Assembly: GCA_903821695.1 (NCBI GenBank)
Contig: CAIJLX010000053.1
Location: forward strand, 13,826-77,825
Source: an uncultured Alphaproteobacteria bacterium
GTDB taxonomy: Bacteria > Pseudomonadota > Alphaproteobacteria > Rickettsiales > CAIJLX01
Length of the DNA stretch: 64,000 nt
Direction: 5' to 3'
A model generated the notes under the pieces. The model searched no databases. It was not told the origin of the DNA and saw nothing but the letters and a program-made list of their open reading frames with translations. Shown here piece by piece: positions 25,621-34,467 of this stretch. Made by a program: the position numbers and the translations under genes. How positions within the stretch are numbered: position 1 is the first letter of the stretch; every line of letters begins with the position of its first letter.

Positions 25621-26700
25621 ATGATGCCACTATTATTCCATAGCAAACTCGTCCGCCGCCTTTTCCTTGCCGCTCTTAAAAATTTGCGCGTAGGCGAGAT
25701 CACCCTCGTCACGCCCGAAAAAGAAACCTGGCATTTCGTAGGCCAAGAACCAGGCCCACTGGCCGACCTTACCCTCTATAACTGGGACGTGATCCACCGT
25801 TTATTTTTTAATGGCGAACGCGCCTTAGCGCGAGATTACAAAGAAGGTAAATGGGACAGTGAAACCATCCCTGCCCTGCTCACCCTGCTCGCCAAACATG
25901 AAGATTTATTCCAGCACACACGCTTCATGCAATGGCGCAAAAAACGCATCGGCCGCAAGCCCGTCCGCGCACAGGAAGAAGTTGGTGCTGATTTTTATAA
26001 AATACTATTGGGCGAGACGATGGCGCATTCATCCGCGCTCTATGAAGGCGAAACCCGCACCCTCGAACAAGCACACGCCGCCAAATATGAACGCATTCTA
26101 AACCACATCGCCCCGGCCAAACGCATCTTAGAAATCGGCTGCGGATGGGGTGATTTTATGCAAGCTGCGACGAAAAAAGGATACAGCGTGCGCGGGTTAA
26201 ACCTGGCGCGTTTGCAAGCGGCGTACATCACCAATCACTTCCCGAACCTCGAAGTCGCCTTCCAGGATTACCGCGAAGAGCACGAAGTGTTTGATGCCAT
26301 CGTCTCGATCGAAATGTTTGAAACCATCGGCGAACATTTCTGGCCAATTTATTTTATCTCGCTCAAACGCCTGCTCAAAAAAACCGGCAAAGCGATGGTG
26401 CAAACCGTGTTCACTGCCGAAGATATGTTCCCTAGCGGCGCCCTGCCTACCCAAGCCCATTTCCTCACCGAAGCAGAAAAAGCAGGCCTTCAAATTATTT
26501 CCGTGTATCGCTTCGGCCAAGATTACGCGCAAACAATCCGCCAATGGTTAGATAACTTAGAATCCCAAAGCTCCACCTTGCGCAATTTAGGTTACAGCGA
26601 ACCCGTCCTACGTAGCTGGCGTTTTTACCTGGGCTTAAGCATCCGCAATTTCCTCACCCGCCGCACCGATGTGGCGCAGGTGGAACTCACTCACGCCTGA
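25621..26700 (+). CDS. Cyclopropane-fatty-acyl-phospholipid synthase-family SAM methyltransferase
   Basis: N-terminal GEITLVTPEKETWHFG...ALARDYKEGKWDS, SAM motif ILEIGCGWGDF, SIEMFETIGEHFW, and YAQTIRQWLDNL. The ATG at 25621 is the likely start. Confidence 0.8.
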   Translation: MMPLLFHSKLVRRLFLAALKNLRVGEITLVTPEKETWHFVGQEPGPLADLTLYNWDVIHRLFFNGERALARDYKEGKWDSETIPALLTLLAKHEDLFQHTRFMQWRKKRIGRKPVRAQEEVGADFYKILLGETMAHSSALYEGETRTLEQAHAAKYERILNHIAPAKRILEIGCGWGDFMQAATKKGYSVRGLNLARLQAAYITNHFPNLEVAFQDYREEHEVFDAIVSIEMFETIGEHFWPIYFISLKRLLKKTGKAMVQTVFTAEDMFPSGALPTQAHFLTEAEKAGLQIISVYRFGQDYAQTIRQWLDNLESQSSTLRNLGYSEPVLRSWRFYLGLSIRNFLTRRTDVAQVELTHA

Positions 26701-27020
26701 AACAACAACCGTAGTTTTTCGCCCAGTCCGTAATCGAGATTATACTCTGCTTCCATTTCCTTGCGAATTTCTACAGGCGGCTCAAGCCCTTCGCCGGAGC
26801 GAATGACTTCACCAAATTCACCTAAGCGGATTTCTTTTCCATTGCGCACAGAATCATAAAAGTGCGCCAGCTGATTTGCGCGAATATTCACAAAAGCATA
26901 AAACTCGGTACCATCCGGCATTTTGCCATTACATAGCACCATTACCGATTCATCATCCTCAAGTGCACTCAAGGATGCGTTTAGTTCGCGTAATATGGCT
27001 TGGTTGGCATCAGATAACAT
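26691..27020 (-). CDS. Hypothetical protein (109 aa), paralogue of 33439..33768
   Basis: It aligns by eye with the other 109-aa ORF: DGTEFYAFV / NGQDYWAYL, LGEFGEVIRSGEGLEPP / LREYGTILRWEYGVEPP. No family name recognised. Confidence 0.6.
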   Translation of the reverse strand: MLSDANQAILRELNASLSALEDDESVMVLCNGKMPDGTEFYAFVNIRANQLAHFYDSVRNGKEIRLGEFGEVIRSGEGLEPPVEIRKEMEAEYNLDYGLGEKLRLLFQA

Positions 27021-27062
27021 GCCCGATAAATACTGAGTATCCGGGAATTTGTCTAGGTTTGG

Positions 27063-27491
27063 TTAACTGAGTTCAATTTCGCTGGATTTTCCGAGCGCAA
27101 TTGGCGATGTATTGCCTTTAACATCCTTGCCTCCGTATACTTTACCTAAACCTGCAATTGCCTCTCCAAGACCGTCTTCCCGCAAACTTTGGAGAGCGGC
27201 GGCAATATTTTCTGTAAGTGGTTTTTCATAACGTGCCACTTCGCTCAGCCTGGTGGCATATTCGGCAATCAAATTGCCTACTGCTTGTGTAGAGGCCAGG
27301 GGACTAAATCCTTGGATGATGCCAACGAACGAATCTTGGCTTTTGCTTACACGTTTCTCAGCTGTACCTACTCTTTCAGACTGAGTAACTCCTGGAATGG
27401 TCGATACAGCATCCAGTACTACTTTATATGCTGCATCAAGACCTTCTTTGGTAACTTGTGTGACGCTATCGGTCAGTTTTACTATCGTCAT
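27063..27491 (-). CDS. Hypothetical soluble, helical protein (142 aa)
   Basis: Intact ORF 42 nt upstream of the 109-aa gene on the same strand. No signal peptide or TM segment. No recognisable motif. Confidence 0.5.
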   Translation of the reverse strand: MTIVKLTDSVTQVTKEGLDAAYKVVLDAVSTIPGVTQSERVGTAEKRVSKSQDSFVGIIQGFSPLASTQAVGNLIAEYATRLSEVARYEKPLTENIAAALQSLREDGLGEAIAGLGKVYGGKDVKGNTSPIALGKSSEIELS

Positions 27492-27637
27492 GATCCTAAC
27501 TCCAATTCCTCTATGTTTCTTACTTTACCCATCAATTGTTAAAGATTTGTTACAGTCTGGGATTTTTTTTGAAAATAGGGCTGGGGCTTGTAATGGCTTG
27601 CTTTTTGGCACTTATTTACAATTTGAATCAATTAAAT

Positions 27638-28165
27638 CTAGCGCTTCGTGCTGGCGATTTTGAGTTCGCGGGCACGGGTTAGGATGGCGTCTTCTAGCTT
27701 TTGAGCCATGGTATCGTCCGACGGCAGATCGCGCCAATTGCGGCCGCTTTTGCCTTCGGATTTCTGTTTAAACACGGAAACACGCAGGCCATCAGAGCGC
27801 AAGCGCTTATCCAAAATGGTGACATTCACCTTGAAACGATCGGTTGGCGCTTCCGGGTTTTCATACCAATCGGTGATAATCACGCCGCCGATAGGGTCGG
27901 TGGAAGCAAGTGGAATAAAGGATAATGTGTCAAGCGTTGCGCGCCAGAGGAAGGCGTTAACGGCAAGCCCTGTGCTTGCCACCGCAGAGGCGTCTTCGTC
28001 ATCTTTACCGAAAAGATTAATGCCACCTTCGCCGCTTAGTTTTCCATAGCGCAATTTGCGGGCATCTTCGGGGTCTTGCGGATAGCTGCTATCGGAAGGG
28101 CCAACCTCTGAGCAGGCTGAAAGGATCGAAAAACTTAGCAAAACCGCGAAAAATTGTTTTTTCAT
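27638..28165 (-). CDS. Lipoprotein, DUF3576-like
   Basis: The start at MKKQFFAVLLSFSILSAC gives a lipobox. FLWRATLDTLSFIPL and ITDWYE resemble the alphaproteobacterial DUF3576 family, as I recall it. Confidence 0.6.
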   Translation of the reverse strand: MKKQFFAVLLSFSILSACSEVGPSDSSYPQDPEDARKLRYGKLSGEGGINLFGKDDEDASAVASTGLAVNAFLWRATLDTLSFIPLASTDPIGGVIITDWYENPEAPTDRFKVNVTILDKRLRSDGLRVSVFKQKSEGKSGRNWRDLPSDDTMAQKLEDAILTRARELKIASTKR

Positions 28166-28232
28166 ATTGCAAGAACCTATAGCTTCAAATCTAAATTGCA
28201 AGACGGATTCTTAAGCGCTAAATCTAGGCCCC

Positions 28233-29333
28233 ATGATAAAAACCTTTTATCCTGGCGATCCGGCGCCACACTTTGCCTGCCGTAGTTCAAACTCAAATCT
28301 CTTTCATTTTAACACGGCGGGTGGTCGCTATATTGTGCTGAGTTTTTTGGGCACTTCGACCCATCCGGAGATGGCGGCGGTGCTTGATTACATTTATGGC
28401 CCAGCTTCCTCTTTTTTTGACGATAAAAAAATCTGTTTTTTTGGCCTCTCGGTAGATCCGAATGATGAAAAAATCCTAAGACAGCGCCTTCCCGGCATCC
28501 GTTTTTTCTGGGATTTTGATAAGGAAGTAAGCCTTGAGTTCGGGGCAATTGAGAATAAACAAAATAATATCTATCACCCCTTCACCTTGGTGCTGGACCC
28601 GCTATTGCGCGTGATTGCCAATATCCCGATTACACCTGCTAAAACGCATAATGAAACCCTGGATAAACTTCTCGCTAGCTTGCCTACTATCGATGATCAT
28701 GCCGGGGTTAAACTAAATGCACCGATATTGATTGTACCGCGCGTGTTTGAGCCGGAATTTTGCCAGATGCTGATTGCAAAATATCAGGAAAACGGCGGAG
28801 AAGAATCTGGTTTCATGCGTGAAACAAATGGCCAAACCGTCGGGGTCTATGACAATAGTTTTAAACGCCGCAGTGATTTTAATATCCAGAGCCCTGAACT
28901 CATCAAAGCAACCCAGCAGCGCATCCGCCGGTTTTTATTACCCGAGGTGAAACGTGCGTTCCAATATGATGCCACGCGCATGGAGCGTTATTTGGTGGCC
29001 TGTTACAACAGCGAAAGTGGCGGATTTTTCCGCCCGCACCGTGACAACACTACCAAAGGCACGGCCCATCGCCGGTTTGCGGTAACGCTCAATTTAAATG
29101 CAGAAGAGTTTGAAGGCGGTAATCTGCGCTTCCCCGAATTCGGCACCCAAACTTACCGCGCACCTACGGGCGGTGCGGTTGTTTTTTCTTGCTCTTTATT
29201 GCATGAAGCAACGCCCGTTACCAAAGGCAACCGCTATGCGTTTTTGCCCTTCCTTTATGATGAAGATGCCGCGAAAATCCGCGAAGAAAACGTTACTTTT
29301 ATCAGCAATGAGACGATTAATTTGAATACTTAG
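28233..29333 (+). CDS. Fusion protein: thioredoxin-fold (AhpC/TSA-like) N-domain + 2OG-Fe(II) oxygenase (prolyl-4-hydroxylase-like) C-domain
   Basis: N-terminus GDPAPHF...RYIVLSFLG. C-terminus has the HxD motif FFRPHRDNT, the distal His in LLHEATPVTKGNRYAF, and GGNLRFPEFG. Confidence 0.7.
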   Translation: MIKTFYPGDPAPHFACRSSNSNLFHFNTAGGRYIVLSFLGTSTHPEMAAVLDYIYGPASSFFDDKKICFFGLSVDPNDEKILRQRLPGIRFFWDFDKEVSLEFGAIENKQNNIYHPFTLVLDPLLRVIANIPITPAKTHNETLDKLLASLPTIDDHAGVKLNAPILIVPRVFEPEFCQMLIAKYQENGGEESGFMRETNGQTVGVYDNSFKRRSDFNIQSPELIKATQQRIRRFLLPEVKRAFQYDATRMERYLVACYNSESGGFFRPHRDNTTKGTAHRRFAVTLNLNAEEFEGGNLRFPEFGTQTYRAPTGGAVVFSCSLLHEATPVTKGNRYAFLPFLYDEDAAKIREENVTFISNETINLNT

Positions 29334-29370
29334 TTTTGTTGTCTTCCCGGCGTAGCGCCGGAAGATGAAC

Positions 29371-29402
29371 AAAAAAAGAGGGCGGCCCGAAGACCGCCCT
29401 CT
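29371..29402 (-). terminator. Rho-independent terminator of the porin gene
   Basis: Perfect 9-bp stem AGAGGGCGG/CCGCCCTCT with an 8-nt loop. On the minus strand it is followed by a run of 7 T. Confidence 0.8.
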
Positions 29403-29428
29403 ATAAATCAACTGAATGAATCAGCTAA

Positions 29429-30574
29429 TTAGAAAGTCAATTGTGTACCAGCAAGAACAGCGGTGCCGTTGTTGCTTGGGCCAGTAGAAGCGTCCAGATC
29501 GAAGAAGTTAACTTCTACGTATGGAACGAGGCCTGGAGCCAATTTGTAATCAGCGCCAACAACAGTGTTGTTGAACTGGTTGTCGTTCAGTTTGGTGTCG
29601 ATGTAGCTTACGCTAACGCCGACTGGTCCAGCTTCATAGCCCAAACCAACATCCCAGAAGCGACCGTCGCCGGAAGCGCTAGAAAGCTGAAGGCTATCGC
29701 CTACGTCACCATAAGAACCACCAGCGGTGAAGCCACGGAAGGTAGCATTCACGCCAACAGCGTATGCTTGCAGATCTTCTGTACCAGCAGCTTCAGCTTC
29801 GCCGAAAGAACCGGTTGCAGAAGCAGCTACACCAACTTGGTCGAATTGACCGGTATAGTTAACGCCTGCATCGATTACGTTTGAAGCTTGACCAACATCA
29901 GCGCCAGTCGTGAAGCCAGCAGCCGTACCACGGTTGCCAGAATCAGGAGCGTAGCTTACGCCAGCTTGGAAGCCACCAACGCGAGGTGTGTAGTATACAA
30001 CTTTGGTAGCGTTTTCTGTTGCGTTAGTACCAGTTTGATCGCCGCCATCGAGTGGCAGATCCGGAGCAGTGATGAAACCACCGCCGTATGCGCCGCTAGT
30101 GTTAGCAAAGCCAGCGTTTACGAAATTGTAGAAATCGCCATCAACGCCGCCCGTACCATGGGAGAACGTGGAAGCATCAACGCGCATTGTTTTAGCAGGA
30201 GAAACTTGGCTGCCCAATTCTACGCGGCCAGCATTGCTTTCCAAGAACAGGTAAGTGCGATCAGCGTTCAGACCACCGTTATCACCATCGCCGCTAACAT
30301 CAGCTTGCAATTGGATTACAGCACCATAACCGAGACCATTGTCAGCCTTGCCGTCAACTTTAACGTTAACGCGGGTGTTATTGCGGAATTTTGCATTGTA
30401 TTCGCTCAGGCCGCTAGTAGCAGAACCTGTCGTATCGAGATCTTGATCAACAGCGCCAGCTTGGAAGTTGTAGAAACCACCGAGCGTAACAGCAGGACCT
30501 TCAGCATGAGCAGCAGTTGCAAACAAAGTTGCAGCGCCAATCAATGCGGTCGTGCCAAGAAGAAATTTTTTCAT
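29429..30574 (-). CDS. Outer-membrane porin (alphaproteobacterial Porin_2-like)
   Basis: Signal MKKFLLGTTALIGAATLFATAAHA. Gly/Asp/Asn-rich beta-strand pattern. C-terminal ...LAGTQLTF ends in Phe. Confidence 0.85.
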   Translation of the reverse strand: MKKFLLGTTALIGAATLFATAAHAEGPAVTLGGFYNFQAGAVDQDLDTTGSATSGLSEYNAKFRNNTRVNVKVDGKADNGLGYGAVIQLQADVSGDGDNGGLNADRTYLFLESNAGRVELGSQVSPAKTMRVDASTFSHGTGGVDGDFYNFVNAGFANTSGAYGGGFITAPDLPLDGGDQTGTNATENATKVVYYTPRVGGFQAGVSYAPDSGNRGTAAGFTTGADVGQASNVIDAGVNYTGQFDQVGVAASATGSFGEAEAAGTEDLQAYAVGVNATFRGFTAGGSYGDVGDSLQLSSASGDGRFWDVGLGYEAGPVGVSVSYIDTKLNDNQFNNTVVGADYKLAPGLVPYVEVNFFDLDASTGPSNNGTAVLAGTQLTF

Positions 30575-30756
30575 TGCAATACCTTTTGTTAAATTGAAAT
30601 TATGCTTTTAAAACATATACCTGCATAGGGTTTACCACAGCAAAGCATGCAATAGCATATCGGCCAATGGCAGGCGGATTGCAACTAAATCCATTGAATT
30701 TGAGATAAATCCGGCCTGCTTTTCCCCCCCGGTGTGGCAAAAACACCACAAGGCCG

Positions 30757-31263
30757 TTATCCCCCTGAACGTAAAGCAATTCCGTGCCCGCCAACCGCGC
30801 GAATCTGTCGCAAATCCCTACGTTTCAGCCCACCCAAGGCAATCACAGGCTTATTACATTGACGCAGCATCAGCCCAAACCGAACCATCCCTAATGGCAC
30901 AGTTTCGGGGTGGCTCTTGGTCATAAAAACCGGCGAAACAATGACCGCCTGCACCAGCGGATGCGCTTGTGCCCGCTTCATCGCCAACAAACTATGGCAA
31001 GCCACCGTAAAAACCCATCTTTTGGGGCAAAATATCCGCCTCGGGAGGCTTAAAAGCTGCCATTCCGGCACATGCACCCCATCCGCCTTCAGTTTGCGGG
31101 CTAAACTTATATCTCCCGCGATCAATACCGGCCCTTTTGCCTGTTGCATAACCCCCCGCGCATAGCTTTCCCGCTGCGGGTGGTCATAATCCCGCACAAT
31201 CACCGCTCCTCGCAAATCCTGCGATAGCGTATGGTCAGTCATGGTCAAAATGGCGGGTAACAC
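30757..31263 (-). CDS. Thiamine-phosphate synthase-family (TMP-TENI) protein, short form
   Basis: ADGVHVP, VIVSPVFMTKSHP and PVIALGGL resemble ThiE/TenI. The start is uncertain (GTG 31263 or ATG 31242). Confidence 0.55.
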   Translation of the reverse strand: MLPAILTMTDHTLSQDLRGAVIVRDYDHPQRESYARGVMQQAKGPVLIAGDISLARKLKADGVHVPEWQLLSLPRRIFCPKRWVFTVACHSLLAMKRAQAHPLVQAVIVSPVFMTKSHPETVPLGMVRFGLMLRQCNKPVIALGGLKRRDLRQIRAVGGHGIALRSGG

Positions 31264-31359
31264 AGGGAAACTTATCCCCCTGCAACAAATTTTTGCAAGG
31301 CTAACCTTTCCTTAACCTTTCTCCGTTAAAATCAGCCTATATTCTGATGGAGATTGACC

Positions 31360-32055
31360 ATGGCACTACCTACACTTCCTGGCTCATTTGTTTTTCTTGC
31401 CAGCTCACTTGGTACGAATGGTGATGATAATGTCGAAATTTCACGTGAAACTCCAACATTCTCCGGTTTAAATGGGAATGATTACATTACGCTCCAAGAC
31501 GGAGACTCGCTGTATCAATATATTAATGGCAACATGGGCGACGATGCCATTGTTGATGGCAATGGGCTGAGTAACGACACCCTCTTCGGTGGCCAAGGGG
31601 ATGATACAATTGTGGGTGTAAGTGGCGATAACATCATCAACGGCAACCTTGGAAGTGATTCTGTAACCGGCGGCGCGAACAATGATTACATCAATGGTGG
31701 GCGCGCTTCTGATACGGTTAGTGGTAGCCAAGGTAACGATACATTATCCGGTGATCTGGGCGATGATTTGTTGAGTGGGGGCAGCGGCTCGGATTTGTTT
31801 GTATTTTCAGGTATTATCAACCCAGATACTGCTATTACCACTGAAACCGATATTATTTTGGATTTCAGTACAGACGGCGGTGATAAAATCGCGCTCGCTG
31901 GCGTTTCTCTTTCTGAGATTACCATTACTAATTACACCGGTGCTTTTGCCATAGCGGAGATTACGTACGAGAAAAACAACATCCAGCATGTGATTATGGT
32001 GAGTAATGCAACCCAATCCGTACAACTCTCCCCAAGCGACTTTGTGCTGCTCTAA
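31360..32055 (+). CDS. RTX (hemolysin-type calcium-binding repeat) protein
   Basis: Consecutive nonamers GGQGDDTIVG, GNLGSDSVTG, GGANNDYING, GSQGNDTLSG, GDLGDDLLSGGSGSDLFVF. C-terminal module DIILDF..GDKIALAGV...LSPSDFVLL. Confidence 0.8.
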   Translation: MALPTLPGSFVFLASSLGTNGDDNVEISRETPTFSGLNGNDYITLQDGDSLYQYINGNMGDDAIVDGNGLSNDTLFGGQGDDTIVGVSGDNIINGNLGSDSVTGGANNDYINGGRASDTVSGSQGNDTLSGDLGDDLLSGGSGSDLFVFSGIINPDTAITTETDIILDFSTDGGDKIALAGVSLSEITITNYTGAFAIAEITYEKNNIQHVIMVSNATQSVQLSPSDFVLL

Positions 32056-32103
32056 ACTGCTTCGCACTTGCGTTTCGGTAGATTTATCTTCACAACCTAA
32101 ACC

Positions 32104-32733
32104 ATGGTAAACACCCCTTCTTTTGTCCCAATGCGCCCGGATTTGAACCTGATCCAGTCCTTGATTCCGGCTGGTAGTCGGGTGATGGATATTGGTTGTG
32201 GCGATGGGCAATTGCTCGAACAGCTCAAAATCGCCCGCAATTTGGATGCGCGGGGCATGGAGCTTAGCCAGAAAAACGTGAGCGCGTGTGTGGCACGCGG
32301 GCTTTCGGTGGTACAGGGTGATGCGGATTCTGATTTGGCGTTTTACCCTGACCAAAGTTTCGATTACGCCATTATGACCGAAACCCTGCAAGCCACCCGC
32401 AACCCACGTCTGGTGGTGGAGCAATTATTGCGGATCGCAAAACATGTCATCGTCTCCTTCCCTAATTTCGGCCATTGGAGCAACCGGCTTTACCTGCTCG
32501 GCATGGGTCAAATGCCGGTGACCAAGCAGCTTTCCTATGCTTGGTATGAAACGCCGAACATCCATTTTTGCACGATCGCCGATTTTACCGAAATGTGCGA
32601 AGCCATCGGCTGCCGCATTGAACGCCGCATCGCGCTCAACAGCTCCGGCCAGCCGATTACTCTAGGCATTCATGCCCTCGAAAATTTGCTGGGAACCCAA
32701 GGCCTATTTGTACTGACCCGCAAGTTCCGTTGA
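32104..32733 (+). CDS. metW: Methionine biosynthesis protein MetW
   Basis: RPDLNLIQSLIPAGSRVMDIGCGDGQLL, FDYAIMTETLQATRNP and SFPNFGHWSNRLYLLGMGQMPVT are close to canonical MetW. Confidence 0.9.
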   Translation: MVNTPSFVPMRPDLNLIQSLIPAGSRVMDIGCGDGQLLEQLKIARNLDARGMELSQKNVSACVARGLSVVQGDADSDLAFYPDQSFDYAIMTETLQATRNPRLVVEQLLRIAKHVIVSFPNFGHWSNRLYLLGMGQMPVTKQLSYAWYETPNIHFCTIADFTEMCEAIGCRIERRIALNSSGQPITLGIHALENLLGTQGLFVLTRKFR

Positions 32734-32766
32734 CTTTTTGTCGTCAATCGGCATAGAGTCTGCCCC

Positions 32767-33450
32767 ATGCGCATCTTCACTCTCCTATTTGTACTTTTGG
32801 CAGCAACCACCCTCTCGGCAGAAGAATTTGCATTAAAAGTAGATGCGTTTGATGCAAGAAAACAAATAATCCCTGATCATGCTTTTTGCGTTGGCGCGGA
32901 TGATAACTCTGGCCATGGCAAAAATATCAGCCCTGCTGTTTCTTGGAGCGGCGCACCGAAGGAAGCCGAATCATTCGTATTGGTGATGCATGATCCGGAT
33001 GTGCCAACGGATTTCAGCATTGCAGGAAAAAAAGGTGTCGAAATAGATGGCAACCAGCCCCGCCAAGTATTTTACCACTGGGTGCTGACCGATATTCCGG
33101 CAAAAACCAAAGCCATTAAAGAAGGTGCGGAAGGCAAAGGCGTTAAACTTAACCGCACTAAACCAGGCAAAGCCAAAATCGGTGTTCGTGGCCTGAATGA
33201 CTATACCAAATTCATGAAAGATGACAAAAAACTGGCTGGAACTTATGCCGGTTATGACGGCCCCTGCCCACCCTGGAACGATGCCCGCCCGCACCGCTAT
33301 ATCTTTACGCTTTATGCCCTCAAAGTAAAAAGCCTGAACCTGCCTAAAAACTTCACGGGCCAAGATGTGCTCGCCACCCTCCCCGGCAAAGTCCTCGCCC
33401 AAACCAGCGTTCAGGGCCAATATACTCTGAACCCGCGGTTAATTAAGTAA
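32767..33450 (+). CDS. YbhB/YbcL-family (PEBP/Raf-kinase-inhibitor-like) periplasmic protein
   Basis: Signal peptide MRIFTLLFVLLAATTLSA. NISPAVSWSGAP, LVMHDPDVP, YHWVL.DIP, GYDGPCPP...HRYIFTLYAL. Confidence 0.85.
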   Translation: MRIFTLLFVLLAATTLSAEEFALKVDAFDARKQIIPDHAFCVGADDNSGHGKNISPAVSWSGAPKEAESFVLVMHDPDVPTDFSIAGKKGVEIDGNQPRQVFYHWVLTDIPAKTKAIKEGAEGKGVKLNRTKPGKAKIGVRGLNDYTKFMKDDKKLAGTYAGYDGPCPPWNDARPHRYIFTLYALKVKSLNLPKNFTGQDVLATLPGKVLAQTSVQGQYTLNPRLIK

Positions 33451-33768
33451 CTGCTTCTTCGCCTCTTCCAACACCCGTCTCCCGCCAGGTGTTTTGCCTA
33501 GTTCTTCTTGCATCCGTTCCACGAAATCATGTTTTAGCGGTAAGTTCGCTTCAATTTCAGCCTTAAGGGCTTCGGGCGGCTCGACCCCATATTCCCAGCG
33601 TAAAATCGTGCCATATTCGCGTAGATCGAAGGCCTTTCTGGCGTGGCTGGCCTTTTCGTAGGCTTCTACTTTCTCGAACGGCACCATTAAATACGCCCAG
33701 TAATCCTGGCCGTTTTCGGCTTGGCCTTGGGAGAGATAAACGACGCCGCCATCGGTGATTTTGTACAT
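33439..33768 (-). CDS. Hypothetical protein (109 aa), paralogue of 26691..27020
   Basis: See 26691..27020. It starts 9 nt after the stop of the upstream 229-aa gene. Confidence 0.6.
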   Translation of the reverse strand: MYKITDGGVVYLSQGQAENGQDYWAYLMVPFEKVEAYEKASHARKAFDLREYGTILRWEYGVEPPEALKAEIEANLPLKHDFVERMQEELGKTPGGRRVLEEAKKQLLN

Positions 33769-33777
33769 TTGGCTATT

Positions 33778-34467
33778 CTACGATTTTATGTGCGACAGGC
33801 CTAATAATTTTTCACCGACGACTTTATAAATCGCATCGGTGATGGCAGTGGTGACAATGAAGCTGGTAAGGGCAAGCGGTACTGTGCCGTAACTTGCGCT
33901 AAATAAGGCGCAATAGAGCGCGCCGGGGATGATTTTGCGGGAGAAATAAGCACCCCAGCTATCACCCGGTTGTTCGTGAGAGCCCATGACTTTGCCAATG
34001 GCTTTATTGCCTAAAAAACCACCCAATTTAGAAGCGGTGAGGCGGACTAGGCTGGTGTGGCCATCCGTATATTCGTGGAGTTTATGCTTCATTTCGTCGG
34101 TAAATAGCCCGGCATTTCGCTCAAACAGGCCCGAAAAGTCCATTTTCCAGCCCTCTTTAGGCAGCAGCGGGTTATTCTTCATATAATTATTGATGGCAGC
34201 CGCCGCTTCGGGGGTGAATATATCGGGGTTATTGGCCATATATTTCGTGAGACCTTGCTGGCCATCCCACCAGGAAATGGCGGTTGAAACGGCCAAATCA
34301 TGCCCCAAAATCGCCATATCATAGATATTATGCACGAATACGGCCAGAGCGCCTTTGGTGATAAAACCGATCCACCATTGGGCATCATTCGGCAGAAAAC
34401 CTAGCGGTTTCCAGCTTTTTTGGCGCACTGCTCCAGGTGACGCATCTATGATGATTGGGTCTGGCAT
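33778..34467 (-). CDS. Hypothetical membrane protein (229 aa)
   Basis: Hydrophobic segments WWIGFITKGALAVFVHNIY and IIPGALYCALFSASYGTVPLALTSFIVTTAI. No family recognised. Confidence 0.5.
   Translation of the reverse strand: MPDPIIIDASPGAVRQKSWKPLGFLPNDAQWWIGFITKGALAVFVHNIYDMAILGHDLAVSTAISWWDGQQGLTKYMANNPDIFTPEAAAAINNYMKNNPLLPKEGWKMDFSGLFERNAGLFTDEMKHKLHEYTDGHTSLVRLTASKLGGFLGNKAIGKVMGSHEQPGDSWGAYFSRKIIPGALYCALFSASYGTVPLALTSFIVTTAITDAIYKVVGEKLLGLSHIKS

Noticed and set aside
25621-26700. Possible pseudogene status of the Cfa-like methyltransferase. It is shorter than E. coli Cfa and appears to lack a segment before PSGALP.
   Set aside because: The ORF is intact and the SAM-binding and C-terminal motifs are present. 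Without an alignment I cannot show a disabling deletion.
27600-27620. A second sigma-54-like motif, TGGCAC-ttatt-TACAA.
   Set aside because: The -12 element lacks the GC dinucleotide, and no plus-strand gene follows it (the next gene is on the minus strand).
29441-30592. Plus-strand ORFs 29441..29884 and 29888..30592 opposite the porin gene.
   Set aside because: The minus-strand product has a signal peptide, beta-barrel patterning, a terminal Phe and its own terminator. The plus-strand ORFs have no features.
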